A stretch of DNA of 63,998 bases, filler included, from Diploschistes diacapsis (lineage: Eukaryota), in NCBI GenBank assembly GCA_023645945.1. It is 8 parts of 8 records of this genome, joined end to end, with 100 filler letters (N's around TTAATTAATTAA, not from the genome) between each part and the next. Parts side by side here need not be neighbours in the genome. Positions count along the whole stretch, not along the records: positions 24,934 to 27,210 come from JALAIB010002285.1; positions 27,311 to 29,585 come from JALAIB010002286.1; positions 29,686 to 31,958 come from JALAIB010002287.1; positions 32,059 to 34,331 come from JALAIB010002288.1; positions 34,432 to 36,703 come from JALAIB010002289.1; positions 36,804 to 61,627 come from JALAIB010000229.1; 2 more parts are not named here. The stretch is one strand, 5' to 3'. The notes under the pieces were generated by a model that searched no databases, had not been told where the DNA came from, and was given only the letters and a program-made list of their open reading frames with translations. Shown in pieces: positions 26,560 to 38,154 of the stretch; position 1 is the stretch's first letter, and each line of letters starts with the position of its first letter. A program made the translations under genes and the position numbers.

Positions 26560-27210
26560 GCCTACTGTACACATAAATTACATAATAAGTATCATGATAC
26601 TTAAGATACTTTCTCAGTCATATTAATTTATATACAGCCATAAATATCTATAGAATTAACGCTTTTTCTAATTATATTTATTTACTTAATGATCGATTAC
26701 ATGCTTTTTTTTTTATTTTTAATTTTATTATTTTAATTTGTTTTAAATATTATAAAGGTCTCGTTATTTATTCGTTTTACGCGTCCTGCGATCTTTCTTA
26801 CCGTCGCGACGGTTACGTTCGATATAATCATCGATAACGATAAATTAAATCTTAAAGATTTTATATTTTACGACGTTTCTTCCGTCTTTTTAAATCGTGG
26901 TATTATTTTTTCGCCCGTTTCGACGCTTATTATCTCGTCGTTTTTTAACGAGTTTATTTTCGTTAAGTTTACGCGGGTTTAAATATCTTTATCGCCGTTA
27001 CTTTACGGATTTCTCGATATAAAAAACGCGTTTTTTTACCGTCGCGGATATCTTTCGGATAATCGTAACGAATTTTAACGCGTTTTAATTTTACGTAAAT
27101 AATTTTTAAACGTTTAATCGAACGTTTAAAAATATTATTTAATATCGTTATCGTTATTAACGAAACGGCGATCGCGATACGATATTTATTACGCGTAATA
27201 TCGATATAAA
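26560..27210. mobile_element. Heavily RIP-degraded AT-rich repeat remnant
   Basis: Abrupt switch to AT-rich sequence. CpA/TpG are nearly absent, TpA is abundant, and most remaining Cs are in CpG. Confidence 0.7.
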
Positions 27211-28334
27211 NNNNNNNNNNNNNNNNNNNNNNNNNNNNNNNNNNNNNNNNNNNNTTAATTAATTAANNNNNNNNNNNNNNNNNNNNNNNNNNNNNNNNNN
27301 NNNNNNNNNNTGGTGGGACTGTAGCTTTGCTTGGTGTTCTTGAGCTCGGTCGGTGGGAACTTGGGAGGTATGAGGGATGTTGTGTGTGTTGGATTTGTTT
27401 TCTTTGAGCGTGGTTAAGAAGCTACTGTACGTTGGACATCATCGCGAGTGACTGAGTTGTCAATACGTAATATATACCAAGTTTTCTAAATTAATTTCCT
27501 TCTCATTCGAGATTAAGAAAATAAATAGTAATAAATATACAAATCGGATTAACGTCTGTTGCTAAAACTGCATACCCTGTCCGTTCGCCTGTCCGTTCGC
27601 CTCGTTCATTCTGCTGGCTTCTGCACTTCTAGCATCGGCCATTCCACTCGTACAGAAAAGCTTTGGCACACTGCCCTGCACAACTTATGACTTTTAGGTA
27701 ATGCAACAACGATATAGAGGTAGGCATCACCTGGTCAAACATGGCGAAGATACTTGTCGTCATTACCACAACGAAGCTGCGTAGGTCAATAGATCTCATG
27801 CCGCAGACCAGCTTTTCAAAAGCTTTAGATACTGCAGTCCGATGCGAAATTAGGGATCTTGGGTATGGCAATTTCGAGACTTGTCTCGGAATAATCTTTT
27901 TCACATGTTGTTCTTATACAGCTAGGCCACATCTCTTTTATACTCAAGACCGTTGTTCTAGATCTTCTACTTCCGTACAGTTGATTCTGAAAAATGTTAT
28001 TCAGGTGGTGCATCTCTTGATATGACTCCCAATCTACAGTTTCTGCTCTCTATGCCACGACCAACTTGACTCCGCTTCAATCCAACGAGCCCAGTAATCA
28101 GTGGAGCGCTTTATCTATGTCGAGAACAAGATATATAATAGGCCCGCCAGGGCGATATGACACCATGCAATTAGGTATTCTCATTCCTATATCCTTCATA
28201 GGTGGCCTGTCGTGAGTACAGGATGGACAAAAATGATTGCCAAATGCAGGCTTTCGTGGGTGCTTTGACATAGAAGCCTTCCGCATCCAATCTCTTCTTT
28301 TCCACTTCATTTCTAGAACTCTCTCGATTCTTCA

Positions 28335-29585
28335 ATGGCATTCTCCGAATCTCTCCATGTCTCGTTGCTCGTGGCTTCCGCGCTGGCGGACTTTCGTATT
28401 GACCAAGTTCCATCGTCCAAAGGGACTCCCCATCCTCGAGGCGCGTTCGCCATCGCCCGAAACTACGCAAAGCACGGCATCGCCGTTCCACACGGGACAG
28501 CGTGCGAAGCTGCTAAAACGGCCGCTCACCCGTAGAATTGTGTTCAATGCGCCTACCGGTAGAGACGTGGGATACCTCTTGCCCGTGACCATTGGTGGTC
28601 AAACGCTCGAGCTCGATTTCGGTACGGGGATCGAGCGACCTGCGAGTAACGAGATGCTCGGCCTGCTCGTGGCCGATGGGAACAGGTGTGTATACCCAAG
28701 CCTCACTCCCGCAAGCGAGGGAGGACAGAACCCACACTATCTACGCTCCCGCCAAGTCACCAATGTCCCAGACGCTGCACGCGAAAAAACCTTCAACATG
28801 ACCTAACGAAGATGGTGGTTCAACGAACGGTGTGGTGCACACGGACAAGATCATCATCGGCCGCGTGGGCGCTGCATCACAAGCCATCGAAGCGGCAGCC
28901 GCAGTCGGCGAAGCCTCCTACATGGGACGGCGGCCCTCGATGGGATTCCTGGGCCTAGGCTTTCGACAGCGGACAACAAAGACAAGTTCCCCCATGTTTG
29001 AACGTTGGGCATTTTCCTCTCGACGCTCACGCAAGCCCCTCTCCACCGCATCGCTCAAGCACAACAAAAAACCAGGCTGTTGGGAACTTTCGGCTCCGTC
29101 CCCATCCCTCTGCCCCCCTCCTCGAGCCATCGCCTATCGTCCCGTCGTCCGCACTCCTAGCCACGGCCGGTGGGACATCGCAAATCACCGGCCCATGCCG
29201 TCAAGCGACCGCCATCCCATCCACCCTCGACAGCCGCGCACCACCGGGCTCCTTGTTCCTTCCTCCAGAGGTCACGGCCACATACTGTGGTGCGGCGGTC
29301 CCCAGCCCGGTCCACGACCCCGACATCGACCTCGACCTCGACCTCGACCTCGACCTCGACCTCGACCTCGACCTCGGCTAAATCTGCAAGCGCAGCCCGA
29401 ACGTCCACGCTGCCCGGCTTGGCGTTCGGAGCTTGGGTGTACCGAAGCGTCGTCCCTGGCGTGCTGGTCTACGACGGGCCGGGGGAACCGGACTTGTGGG
29501 TTGGAGTCAAGTCCCTCCTTTTGGTTGAATTTGGTGGCGACCGACGGTTACAGACTGCCACGGCAACATCGCTCCGATTCTGGGG
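28335..29585 (+). pseudogene. Secreted A1 aspartic protease (aspergillopepsin/penicillopepsin-like), frame-disrupted
   Basis: Signal and propeptide MAFSESLHVSLLVASALADFRIDQV...ARNYAKHG. YLLPVTIGGQTLELDFGTG+SSDL (canonical LDFDTGSSDL), HTIYAPAKS, VHTDKIIIG, QAIEAA, GFLGLGF and SLKHN fall in shifting frames. Confidence 0.75.
29322..29376. repeat. (GACCTC)n hexanucleotide repeat
   Basis: About 9 tandem copies (the first imperfect) visible in the sequence. Confidence 0.9.
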
Positions 29586-29685
29586 NNNNNNNNNNNNNNN
29601 NNNNNNNNNNNNNNNNNNNNNNNNNNNNNTTAATTAATTAANNNNNNNNNNNNNNNNNNNNNNNNNNNNNNNNNNNNNNNNNNNN

Positions 29686-30957
29686 TTCTATTAACTTAAT
29701 TTGCTTATCGGTAAGTCTGTTAAACCATCTATCGAAATCGATATTAACGGATAAAACATTATCGATTTACGTATTAATAACGTCGACAATAATTCCGTAA
29801 TCAAACGACAATATTACAAATAATTACTAAAAAAGAACCTTCAGGGCGTATTCAGTTCGTCCATACGACAACTTCTTCGAAAGTTTTATTAAATATATCC
29901 ACGTTTCTTAAATAATCGTGCCTTCCTTAAATTTATAATTAACGAACTCAAGGTTCAGCTAACGACGTTCAGGTTCAATAATCGCCTAATATTTTATTTA
30001 CAAAGAATCCCATCTAGCTTTCGTAATAAATAAACTACGAAGACGTTCTTGGTCGATTTCCCCTATATAGATCATAATTTAGTAGTTTACTTTAGATTAA
30101 TCTTTCTTCCATTATTCAGATATTTTGTCCAAATCTGAACCTAAACCGGTAAAGGTAGATAATATAGAATCATCTGGGGTGACTATAATAGGCGATAATG
30201 GCTAATTATTAAAAACGTAATTCACCTCTTTACTTTCAAGATATATGCGTATGAGTTCGAACCATTACTGTTGATTCTTTTTTTTTAGGATGGGAGCAAC
30301 CCGCTTCTTGGATAAGATGTCGTCCATTTTGTTACTATTTTTTCGTAAATAAATAAGATTTATTAAATGAATGAATAGTAGTTAATAAGTGATTAATAAA
30401 TAATACAGAAGGTGATTTTTTATAATAAAAATAAAGGTAATCGAGGGATTCAGCGTGGTTTAGCTGAACTTCGATATTGGCGAGGAAGAGAAAAAGGTTG
30501 TTTTTCGTTGGTTTATACAGATGATATCTAGATCCAATTATTTCTTATTTAGGCCTACTCTTTGAATCAGCTCATCCTAGGGTCTTATAATTTAGATCTT
30601 AAGCTTTTAAATCTCTTCGATTTAACTTACGTTAGGTAGTATAATCGGTACCCGCGTTCGTAACCGTAATAATTGCCGGGAAACGTAGTTTTAATAAACG
30701 ATTAAGCGTAATAAAGCAGGTATTAATCCGGGCTTATAACCTATTTAGTAACGTAATAGATATATTGAAATCTAAAGGTCTATCTAAGACGTTATCCTAT
30801 TTTACAGACTTTTATTCTTTATAAAATATGCTAAGCCCTACTACCTACATTATTCCTAAGCCGGTCTAATTAGGATTCCAGGAGGTTCAGCTGAACTGAA
30901 CCTCCCTCTGGAACTTAGTTAGACTCCCAGCCATGCCTTCTGCCTGTCTGCTCAACA
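29686..30957 (-). mobile_element. Ty1/Copia retrotransposon 5' part, copy 1 (LTR 30742-30957, PBS 30728-30741, gag from 30327), RIP-mutated
   Basis: Minus strand: TGTTGAGCAG...LTR, then GGTTAT(A)AGCCCGG (Copia-type half-tRNA-iMet PBS), then gag start MDDILSKKRVAPILKKKNQQ*WFELIRIYLE. Homologous to 32368-33690. Confidence 0.85.
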
Positions 30958-31958
30958 CGACCGATTATTTAATCGAGAACAAAAACGTCGCTTTAATCGA
31001 AATAAAATTATTAAACCAGAACTTCGCTACCGTATTAATTATATAAAGAATACACAAAATATAAGATATATAAACAACGACGTTATAAATCTCGATACCT
31101 TAACTAACAAACCCCGGTCCAATTAAAAGAAAGGAGCTAAAAGACCCAACGAGGGACCTTCAATTAAATGAAAGAAGTGTTTCGAATATAACAAAATAGG
31201 CCATTTCGTTCGAGATTGTAGATCACGGAACAAGATTATTAAGAAGAATATTTTAATAACGATAGATTAATATTATCTTAACGTAATTATAATTATCCTT
31301 ATAGAAGACTATCCGACCGACGGATAACCTTAAAAGGAAATTATAATTAACTCGAACACCACAGCCTAGCAAAACGATACAGATAATTCAATTAATAAAA
31401 ATATCGAAACCACGTTTTTATTAATTATAGCATTAATTACGTAAGTTTCGAAAAGCAACGATATTCCGAATCTAGATATAACGGAATATAAAGAATCGGT
31501 TTAAACATACGATCTAATTTTTAACGCTAGATCAAATATTCGAAAACCTTTAAGAATTAATTTAAGCGAAGAAGCAGCGTACGCGTTTCGTATTTTAAAA
31601 GAAGTTATAAATAAGTAAGAATATCTTCGAAAAAAAGTTCTTATCGTTAATAATCGGAAACATCCGGATCATATACTTTTTAACGAATACGAAAACTTCG
31701 GATACGACTACGCCAAACATAAAATATTAATATACGTCCTTTACGGAAGGATAATCATTAACGTAACATTCTAACGATACTACGAGAAAGTATTATATAA
31801 CAACAAGTACGAAGATCATTATCTTCTATACGACTATAAGATAAAGAGATATCCGGTTAATATACACAACGGAAGAACAATAAAATAAGAAACGTATTTA
31901 TTAACGATAAAAAGAATCGTTATAATAATAAAATTCTATTTCGTACATAATACTTATC
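30958..31958 (+). mobile_element. RIP-degraded retroelement gag fragment with zinc knuckle (target of Copia copy 1)
   Basis: KKCFEYNKIGHFVRDCR at ~31172-31222 is a CX2CX4HX4C knuckle with one Cys changed to Tyr by a transition. Many TAA stops. Confidence 0.7.
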
Positions 31959-32058
31959 NNNNNNNNNNNNNNNNNNNNNNNNNNNNNNNNNNNNNNNNNN
32001 NNTTAATTAATTAANNNNNNNNNNNNNNNNNNNNNNNNNNNNNNNNNNNNNNNNNNNN

Positions 32059-33690
32059 TTTTGAACTTTCTAAACTTTTATCGTTTGAACCTTCTATATT
32101 ATAGGCGCGTTTGTTTTTGTTTTTCTTGTCGCGGATGTTTCGGGATTCTTTTCTTTTCTCTCGCTTCTTATCTTGTATTATAATGATTATTTATTTAAAT
32201 TCTTTAACGAGTTTATACTATATTACGCGATGATTATTGTTTTTATAAAATAAACATCCTTTTATTAGGCTAGAATGGCGGCGTCGTTTTTTATTGGATC
32301 GTCTTTAAGAAAGGGAATACTCAGGATAATAAGATTTATAATGACGTAAGAAATATGCTGTAACTTCTTCTATTAATTTATCTTATTTATCGGTAAGTTT
32401 ATTAAGTTATCTATCGAAATCGATATTAACGGATGAAATATTATCGATTTACGTGTTAATAACGTCGATGATAACTTCGTAATTAAACGATAATACCGCA
32501 AATAATTACTAAAAAAGAACCTTTAGAGCGTACTCGGTTCGTTCATACGACAACTTCTTTAAAAGTTTTATTAAATATATCTATACTTTTTAAATAATCG
32601 TGCCTTCCTTGAATTTATAATTAGCGAACTTAAGGTTCAGCTGGCGACGTTCAGGTTTAGTAATCGCCTAATATTTTACTTACAGAGAATCCCATCTAGC
32701 TTTCGTAATAAATAAACCACGAAGACGTTCTTAGTCGATCTCTCCTGTACAGATCATAATCTAATAGTTTACTTTAAATTAATCTTTCTTCCACTATTCA
32801 GATATTTTGTCCAAAACTGAACCTAAATCGGTAAAAATAGATAATATAGAATCATCTAAGGTAACTATAGTAGGCGATAGTGACTGATTATTAAAAACGT
32901 AATCCACCTCTTCACTTTCAAGATATATGCGTATGAGTTCGAACCATTACTATTAATTCTCTTTTCTTAGAATAGGAGCAACCCGTTTCTTAAATAAGAT
33001 ATCGTTCATCTTATTACTATTTTTTCGTAAATAAAGAAGATTTATTGAATAAATAATTCGTAGTTAATAAATAATTAATGAATAGTATAGAAAATGATCC
33101 TCTATAATAGAAATAAAGGTAATCGAAGGGTTCAGCGTAATTCAGTTAAACTTCGATATTGGCGAGAAAGAAAAGAAGATTATTTTTCGTTGGTCTGTAT
33201 AAATGATATCTAAATCCAACTATTTTTTATTTAGGCTTACCCTAGGCCAGCGTATTAAGATCCCGCGTTCTTTTAAAATAATATAACTTCTACCTTTAAA
33301 CCAGCCCACCTTAGGGTCTTATAATTTAGATCCTAAACTTTTAAATTTTTTCGATTTAATTTGCGTTAGGTAACGTAATCGGTACCCGCGTTCGTAATCG
33401 TAACAACTACCGAGAAACGTAATTTCAATAAACGATTAAGCGTAATAAAGCAGGTGTTAATCCGGGCTCATAACCTGTTTAGTAACGTAATAGATATATT
33501 TAAGTCTAAAAATCTATCTAGGAGGTTATCCTACTTTATAGACTTTTATCCTTATGGGATACGTTAAGCCCTACTACTTATACTATTCCTAAACCGGTTT
33601 AGTTGGGATTCCAGGAGGTTCAACTGAACTGAACCTCCCTCTGGAACTTAGTTAGACTCCCAGCCATGCCTTCTGCCTGTCTGCTCAACA
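32059..33690 (-). mobile_element. Ty1/Copia retrotransposon 5' part, copy 2 (LTR 33476-33690, PBS 33462-33475, gag from 33009)
   Basis: TGTTGAGCAG...ACTAAACA LTR followed by an intact GGTTATGAGCCCGG. Differs from copy 1 mostly by C/T and G/A transitions. Confidence 0.87.
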
Positions 33691-34076
33691 AATAAATATA
33701 TTAATAGCTATGATATCTATTAACGGGTAAAAGTCCCCCGACATAAGCCGTATAAGACGCTATATTTCCTTCGGCCACCGTCCGTATCCTAGAAAGAAAT
33801 TATATTAGATTTTATTATAGGGTTACTTTTTAGTAAAGACGTAATAGAGGTTGTCGACGCGATCCTAGTTATAATAAATAAGTATATTAAAATAGTAAAA
33901 TATATCATTATAATTAAATCGCTGACGTCCGACGGGTTGGCGACGATTATCTTGCGGGATATTATTTTGAAATATGGCGTTTCCGATGGTATTATATCCG
34001 ATCGGGGGCCGGTATTAACGAGTTAATATTGGTTTTAATTTTATCGTGTTATATAGGCGAGATAGCGCTTAAGTAC
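33691..34076 (+). mobile_element. Ty3/Gypsy integrase fragment, RIP-mutated
   Basis: RVKVPRHKPY...EIILDFIIGL...DAILVII...GIISDRGPVLTS...RLST, matching the Gypsy integrase core. Confidence 0.85.
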
Positions 34077-34331
34077 TATTGAACTAAACCACTACGCCAA
34101 AAGATGCGCACCTCTTAGCAAGCAGCAGTTCATGTTTATATTCCGACACACCCCCGTAAACATGGCTCTGCGGCTCTTACTATTTACCTATGTTCTTTCC
34201 AGCCAGATCAAAATCTGCCGTGAGCGGGACTCGACCTCAGACCTCTGAACTAAACGGGTGGGGATGCAGCGCAGTGCGCTACCCGGGCTCATAACCTGTT
34301 GAACTAAACCACTACGCCAAAAGATGCGCAC
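34077..34331 (-). mobile_element. Miniature non-autonomous LTR element (TRIM-like): 72-bp LTR, 148-bp internal domain, second LTR cut by the contig end
   Basis: Direct repeat 34077-34111 / 34297-34331. PBS GGTTATGAGCCCGG at 34283-34296. PPT-like CGGGGGTG at 34149-34156 abuts the LTR start TGTCGG. Confidence 0.8.
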
Positions 34332-34431
34332 NNNNNNNNNNNNNNNNNNNNNNNNNNNNNNNNNNNNNNNNNNNNTTAATTAATTAANNNNNNNNNNNNN
34401 NNNNNNNNNNNNNNNNNNNNNNNNNNNNNNN

Positions 34432-36246
34432 TTTTAATCTTGAATTGTATATTCGCGTAAAAATAAATGTTTCGGGTTTTGTTTTAATAGGTGTGATATT
34501 ATAATTATATGAAGATAATTAATGGTATTTTGTAGCATTTTATTCTCGAAAGATGAATTTAGCGGAATACAATTATGAAACGTATGATTAAGAGTTTTTA
34601 GCGATAGTAATAAGTTTTAAATATTAGAAATATTATCTAGAAAGTTTTAAGTACGTAGTTGAGATATTAATAGATTATAATAACCTAAAGGGTTTTATAA
34701 GGAAGACGGTATTAACCGGGCGATAAATAAGATGGGCCTTAAGGTTAATCGTTTTTGATTTTGTTATTCGTTACAGATCAGGGAAGAGTAATTTTATAAA
34801 TGCGCCTTTAAGGCGACTAGATTATTTCGATGTTGATTAATAGATTTAAAACTTATTACCTACGTTTTAACAGAAGTTAGTAAAGTTGAACCTGATTATT
34901 ATAGAAAACACGGGTTAGAAGCCTGCGGTAAGTATGTCGGTAATTAGTTAGTTATAAATGATGAAGTATGTTCGTAATAAGGTAGACGTAATGTTTCAAG
35001 AGTTTAGGGAATTTTAATTTAAGAGTGGAATCTTGGGGAGATTTGATCTTGATCGGTAAGTTCGAGATGAACGCGACGTAATAGAATGATTATATCTTAT
35101 CGTTAAAACTATTGGTTGTAAATAGCTCGTTTTACGTGTTTATATAAATGAACTTGTAGTATATAAAACGGTATATGAATTTTTAATAAAAGCCTGCGAG
35201 ACGTAATAAGTATATTTTAAAGAAACGACGAATTCGTCGAAGCGAAAAAAGTAACGTTAAAGTATAGTAATAATAAGAGATTAGCCGGTAAACAGGAATG
35301 GTTAATTGATAAAAATAACTTCTTAAAATTTGATGAAAAAATCTATGTCCTAAAAAAAGCGTTTATAAAACAAGAATTCTTTAGATTATATCATGATAAT
35401 AAAGCGTTAAGATATTTTGAAATAGAACGAACCCTTGATTTTTTAAAGAAGAACTTTTATTAGAAAGGTATACGATAAATAATCGAAGAATATATTGCCA
35501 GCTACGATATATATTAAAGAATTAAAGTTTATTAACATAAAACCTATAATAGTCTCAGTTCTTTACCCGTCTTAAAGAATATTTAAAAAGAATTAATTAT
35601 GAATTTTATTAACGATGTTCCATTAGATCGTTATAACGGGAAAACCTTCGACGCGATTATAATAATCGTAGATAGATACTTTAAAATAATAAAATATTTT
35701 AATATATTAAAAACATTAATAATAATTGAATTAACAACATTATTTATGTAAGAAATCGTGTATAAATATAATGTATTTAAAAATATCGTGTTAAATAGAG
35801 GATCATTATTTATAAACGCGTATTAAAGCGAGATCTGTTATTAAATAAAGATTAAATAAAAACTAAATACTGCTTTTTATCTTTAGACTAATGATTAGAC
35901 CGAACGGTAGAACCAAACGTTTAAACATTACCTGCGAGTATATTACATAGAGCAGCAAGATAATTAACCTGAACTATTATTAGCTGCAGAATTTGCATAT
36001 AATTCTAATAAATATTCGAGTATAGAAATAAGTTCCTTTAGAGTAGTTTATAGAAAAGAACTGAATTTTTTTAATTTCAAAAACGAAATTATTAAAAAAA
36101 AGGTATTAGCTGCCGTAGAACGAGTTCAAAACATGTTAATAACAAGATAACAGCTTAAATAAAACCTGATATAAGCTCAAGAATAACAAAAGAGATATTT
36201 TGATCAAAAACATAAATCTAAAAGTTATAAGATTAAAGATCTAATA
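34432..36246 (+). mobile_element. Ty3/Gypsy pol (RNase H to integrase), RIP-inactivated
   Basis: VAFYSRKM..AEYNYETYD*EFLAIV (RNase H). HKPY, DAIIIIVDR and LNTAFYL*TND*TER*NQT (integrase). Many TAA/TAG stops. Confidence 0.9.
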
Positions 36247-36703
36247 TGTTATGATCTCTATCTATACAAGGTATACACGAGTAGGATCAAGGTGGGTTTG
36301 GTCTCTGTTAGAAGAGGAGTGTGGTAGGAGAAAAAGATAGAATAGTTATAGGTCTTAGACTGTTTCTAAAAAGAAGGTTCTTTAAAGATAAAAATAACGA
36401 ATATAAATTAATCCCGAATAATAACTAAGAATATCTATAAAAGTAAACACGTCTTTTTCTACGAAAATAAAGTCGTGTTTATATATAGTTAACTCGTTCG
36501 CCGCTTATCGTAAATTTAACGAACGGTATTTTTAAGGTTTATCGTTTACGAGAATAAGCGCGATTATCGAGCGATAGCGAAAGTTTATTCGTCGTTTATA
36601 AAAATAAGCGTAAATAATAAATATATTACGTGACCCGTTATCTCGTGATTAGTCTATATATAATAAAATTAAGACGTGTTAAGTTTAATATTTGGATTAT
36701 AAT
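36247..36703. mobile_element. Probable LTR inserted into the Gypsy pol tail, RIP-degraded
   Basis: Pol similarity stops and the sequence restarts with TGTTATGATCT. AT-rich and CpG-retaining. Confidence 0.35.
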
Positions 36704-36803
36704 NNNNNNNNNNNNNNNNNNNNNNNNNNNNNNNNNNNNNNNNNNNNTTAATTAATTAANNNNNNNNNNNNNNNNNNNNNNNNNNNNNNNNNNNNNNNNN
36801 NNN

Positions 36804-37748
36804 CCCAGAGCCCATAACGGCGCAAAACGTCCACCGGCTCTTCCCGGACGTCCAGCCCACGTTCCCCCCCTCGCACCAATCCCACACGACCGCCTCGGCC
36901 TCGACCGACAGCTCCCTGGAAGGCTACGACCCATCGCAGGTCGCGCTGATGGACGAAGTGTGCATCGTGCTCGACAGCGCGGACGCGGCCATCGGCAGCG
37001 CGAGCAAGAAGACCTGCCACCTGATGTCCAACATCCGCGCCGGCCTCCTGCACCGGGCCTTCTCCGTCTTCCTGTTCGACCCGGCCAGCAAGAAGCTGCT
37101 GCTGCAGCAGCGCGCCTCGGAGAAGATCACCTTCCCGGACATGTGGACCAACACGTGCTGCTCGCACCCGCTGGGCGTGCCCGGCGAGACGGGCGACGGG
37201 CTGGCCGCCAGCGTGCGCGGCGTGAAGAGGGCGGCGCGGCGGAAGCTGCAGCAGGAGCTGGGCATCGGCCCGGAACGGGTGCCGGAGGCCGGCTTTCGGT
37301 TTCTGACCCGGATCCATTACGCGGCGGAGAGTAGTGGGGTTTGGGGGGAGCATGAGAGTGAGTTTTTCTTTTTCTAACGTGCACCCGCCTGCACCGACAT
37401 CGGTCTTTTTATTGGTGGTATTGGCGTTTTTTGTTTGTTGGGCTGGAGAGACAGAAGCGTGGGGGAGGTGCGAGCTGGGAGTGAACGGAGAATCTTTGCT
37501 GATAGCCGCTGCTAGTCGACTACATCCTCTTCATCCAAGCCGCCGTCGATCTGGAGCTCAACCCGAACGAGGTCAAGGACGCAAAATACGTGTCGCCGGA
37601 TGAGTTGAAGGAGATGTTCAAGAATAACGAACTCACGTTCACGCCGTGGTTCAGGCTCATATGCGAGACCCTGCTGTTTGAGTGGTGGGACCACCTCGAC
37701 AACGGGTTGGAAAAGTTCGAGGGCGAGACGCAGATTAGGCGGATGTGA
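36804..37748 (+). CDS. IDI1: Isopentenyl-diphosphate delta-isomerase (type 1), 5' end cut by the contig edge
   Basis: LMDEVCIVLD, GLLHRAFSVFLF, QRASEKITFPDMWTNTCCSHP, WGEHE|IDYILF and FTPWF. Intron 37358-37515, TGA at 37748. Confidence 0.96.
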
Positions 37749-38154
37749 AAGTGTGGTGCGAACAAGGAACAGGACTTGAGGCGGTGGAGCTTACTGGGAA
37801 ATTGATGTGGATAGCAGGCGAAGCGTAGGGTTTGCAAATTCAGGACGAAGTTGCATCTGTAGTCTCGCAGATGAAAGCTCATCTGCGATGGACGCGGCAC
37901 AAAGCACCAGATATAAAGTAACCGACATAAATTTCATTCCAAGGCACTAAAGAACAAATGCGACTATGTAGAAATTAAAGATTCTTTCATGTTGAATGAA
38001 TGCGGACATAACAACCTCCTTAAGATCCTTCATGGCACCAACAAACGGTGTGCCCTTCGAAGAAGTATGCTGGTAGATTGAGCAGACAGCTTTCCCTAGT
38101 TGTTGAAACTGAGCCAAAAGTGACGGAGATCACCGATAGCCGTAGCAGACACCT

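Noticed and set aside
34261..34296. tRNA-Met gene (GGGCTCATAACC anticodon arm)
   Set aside because: There is no T-arm or acceptor stem after it and it abuts an LTR terminus, so it is a retroelement primer-binding site.
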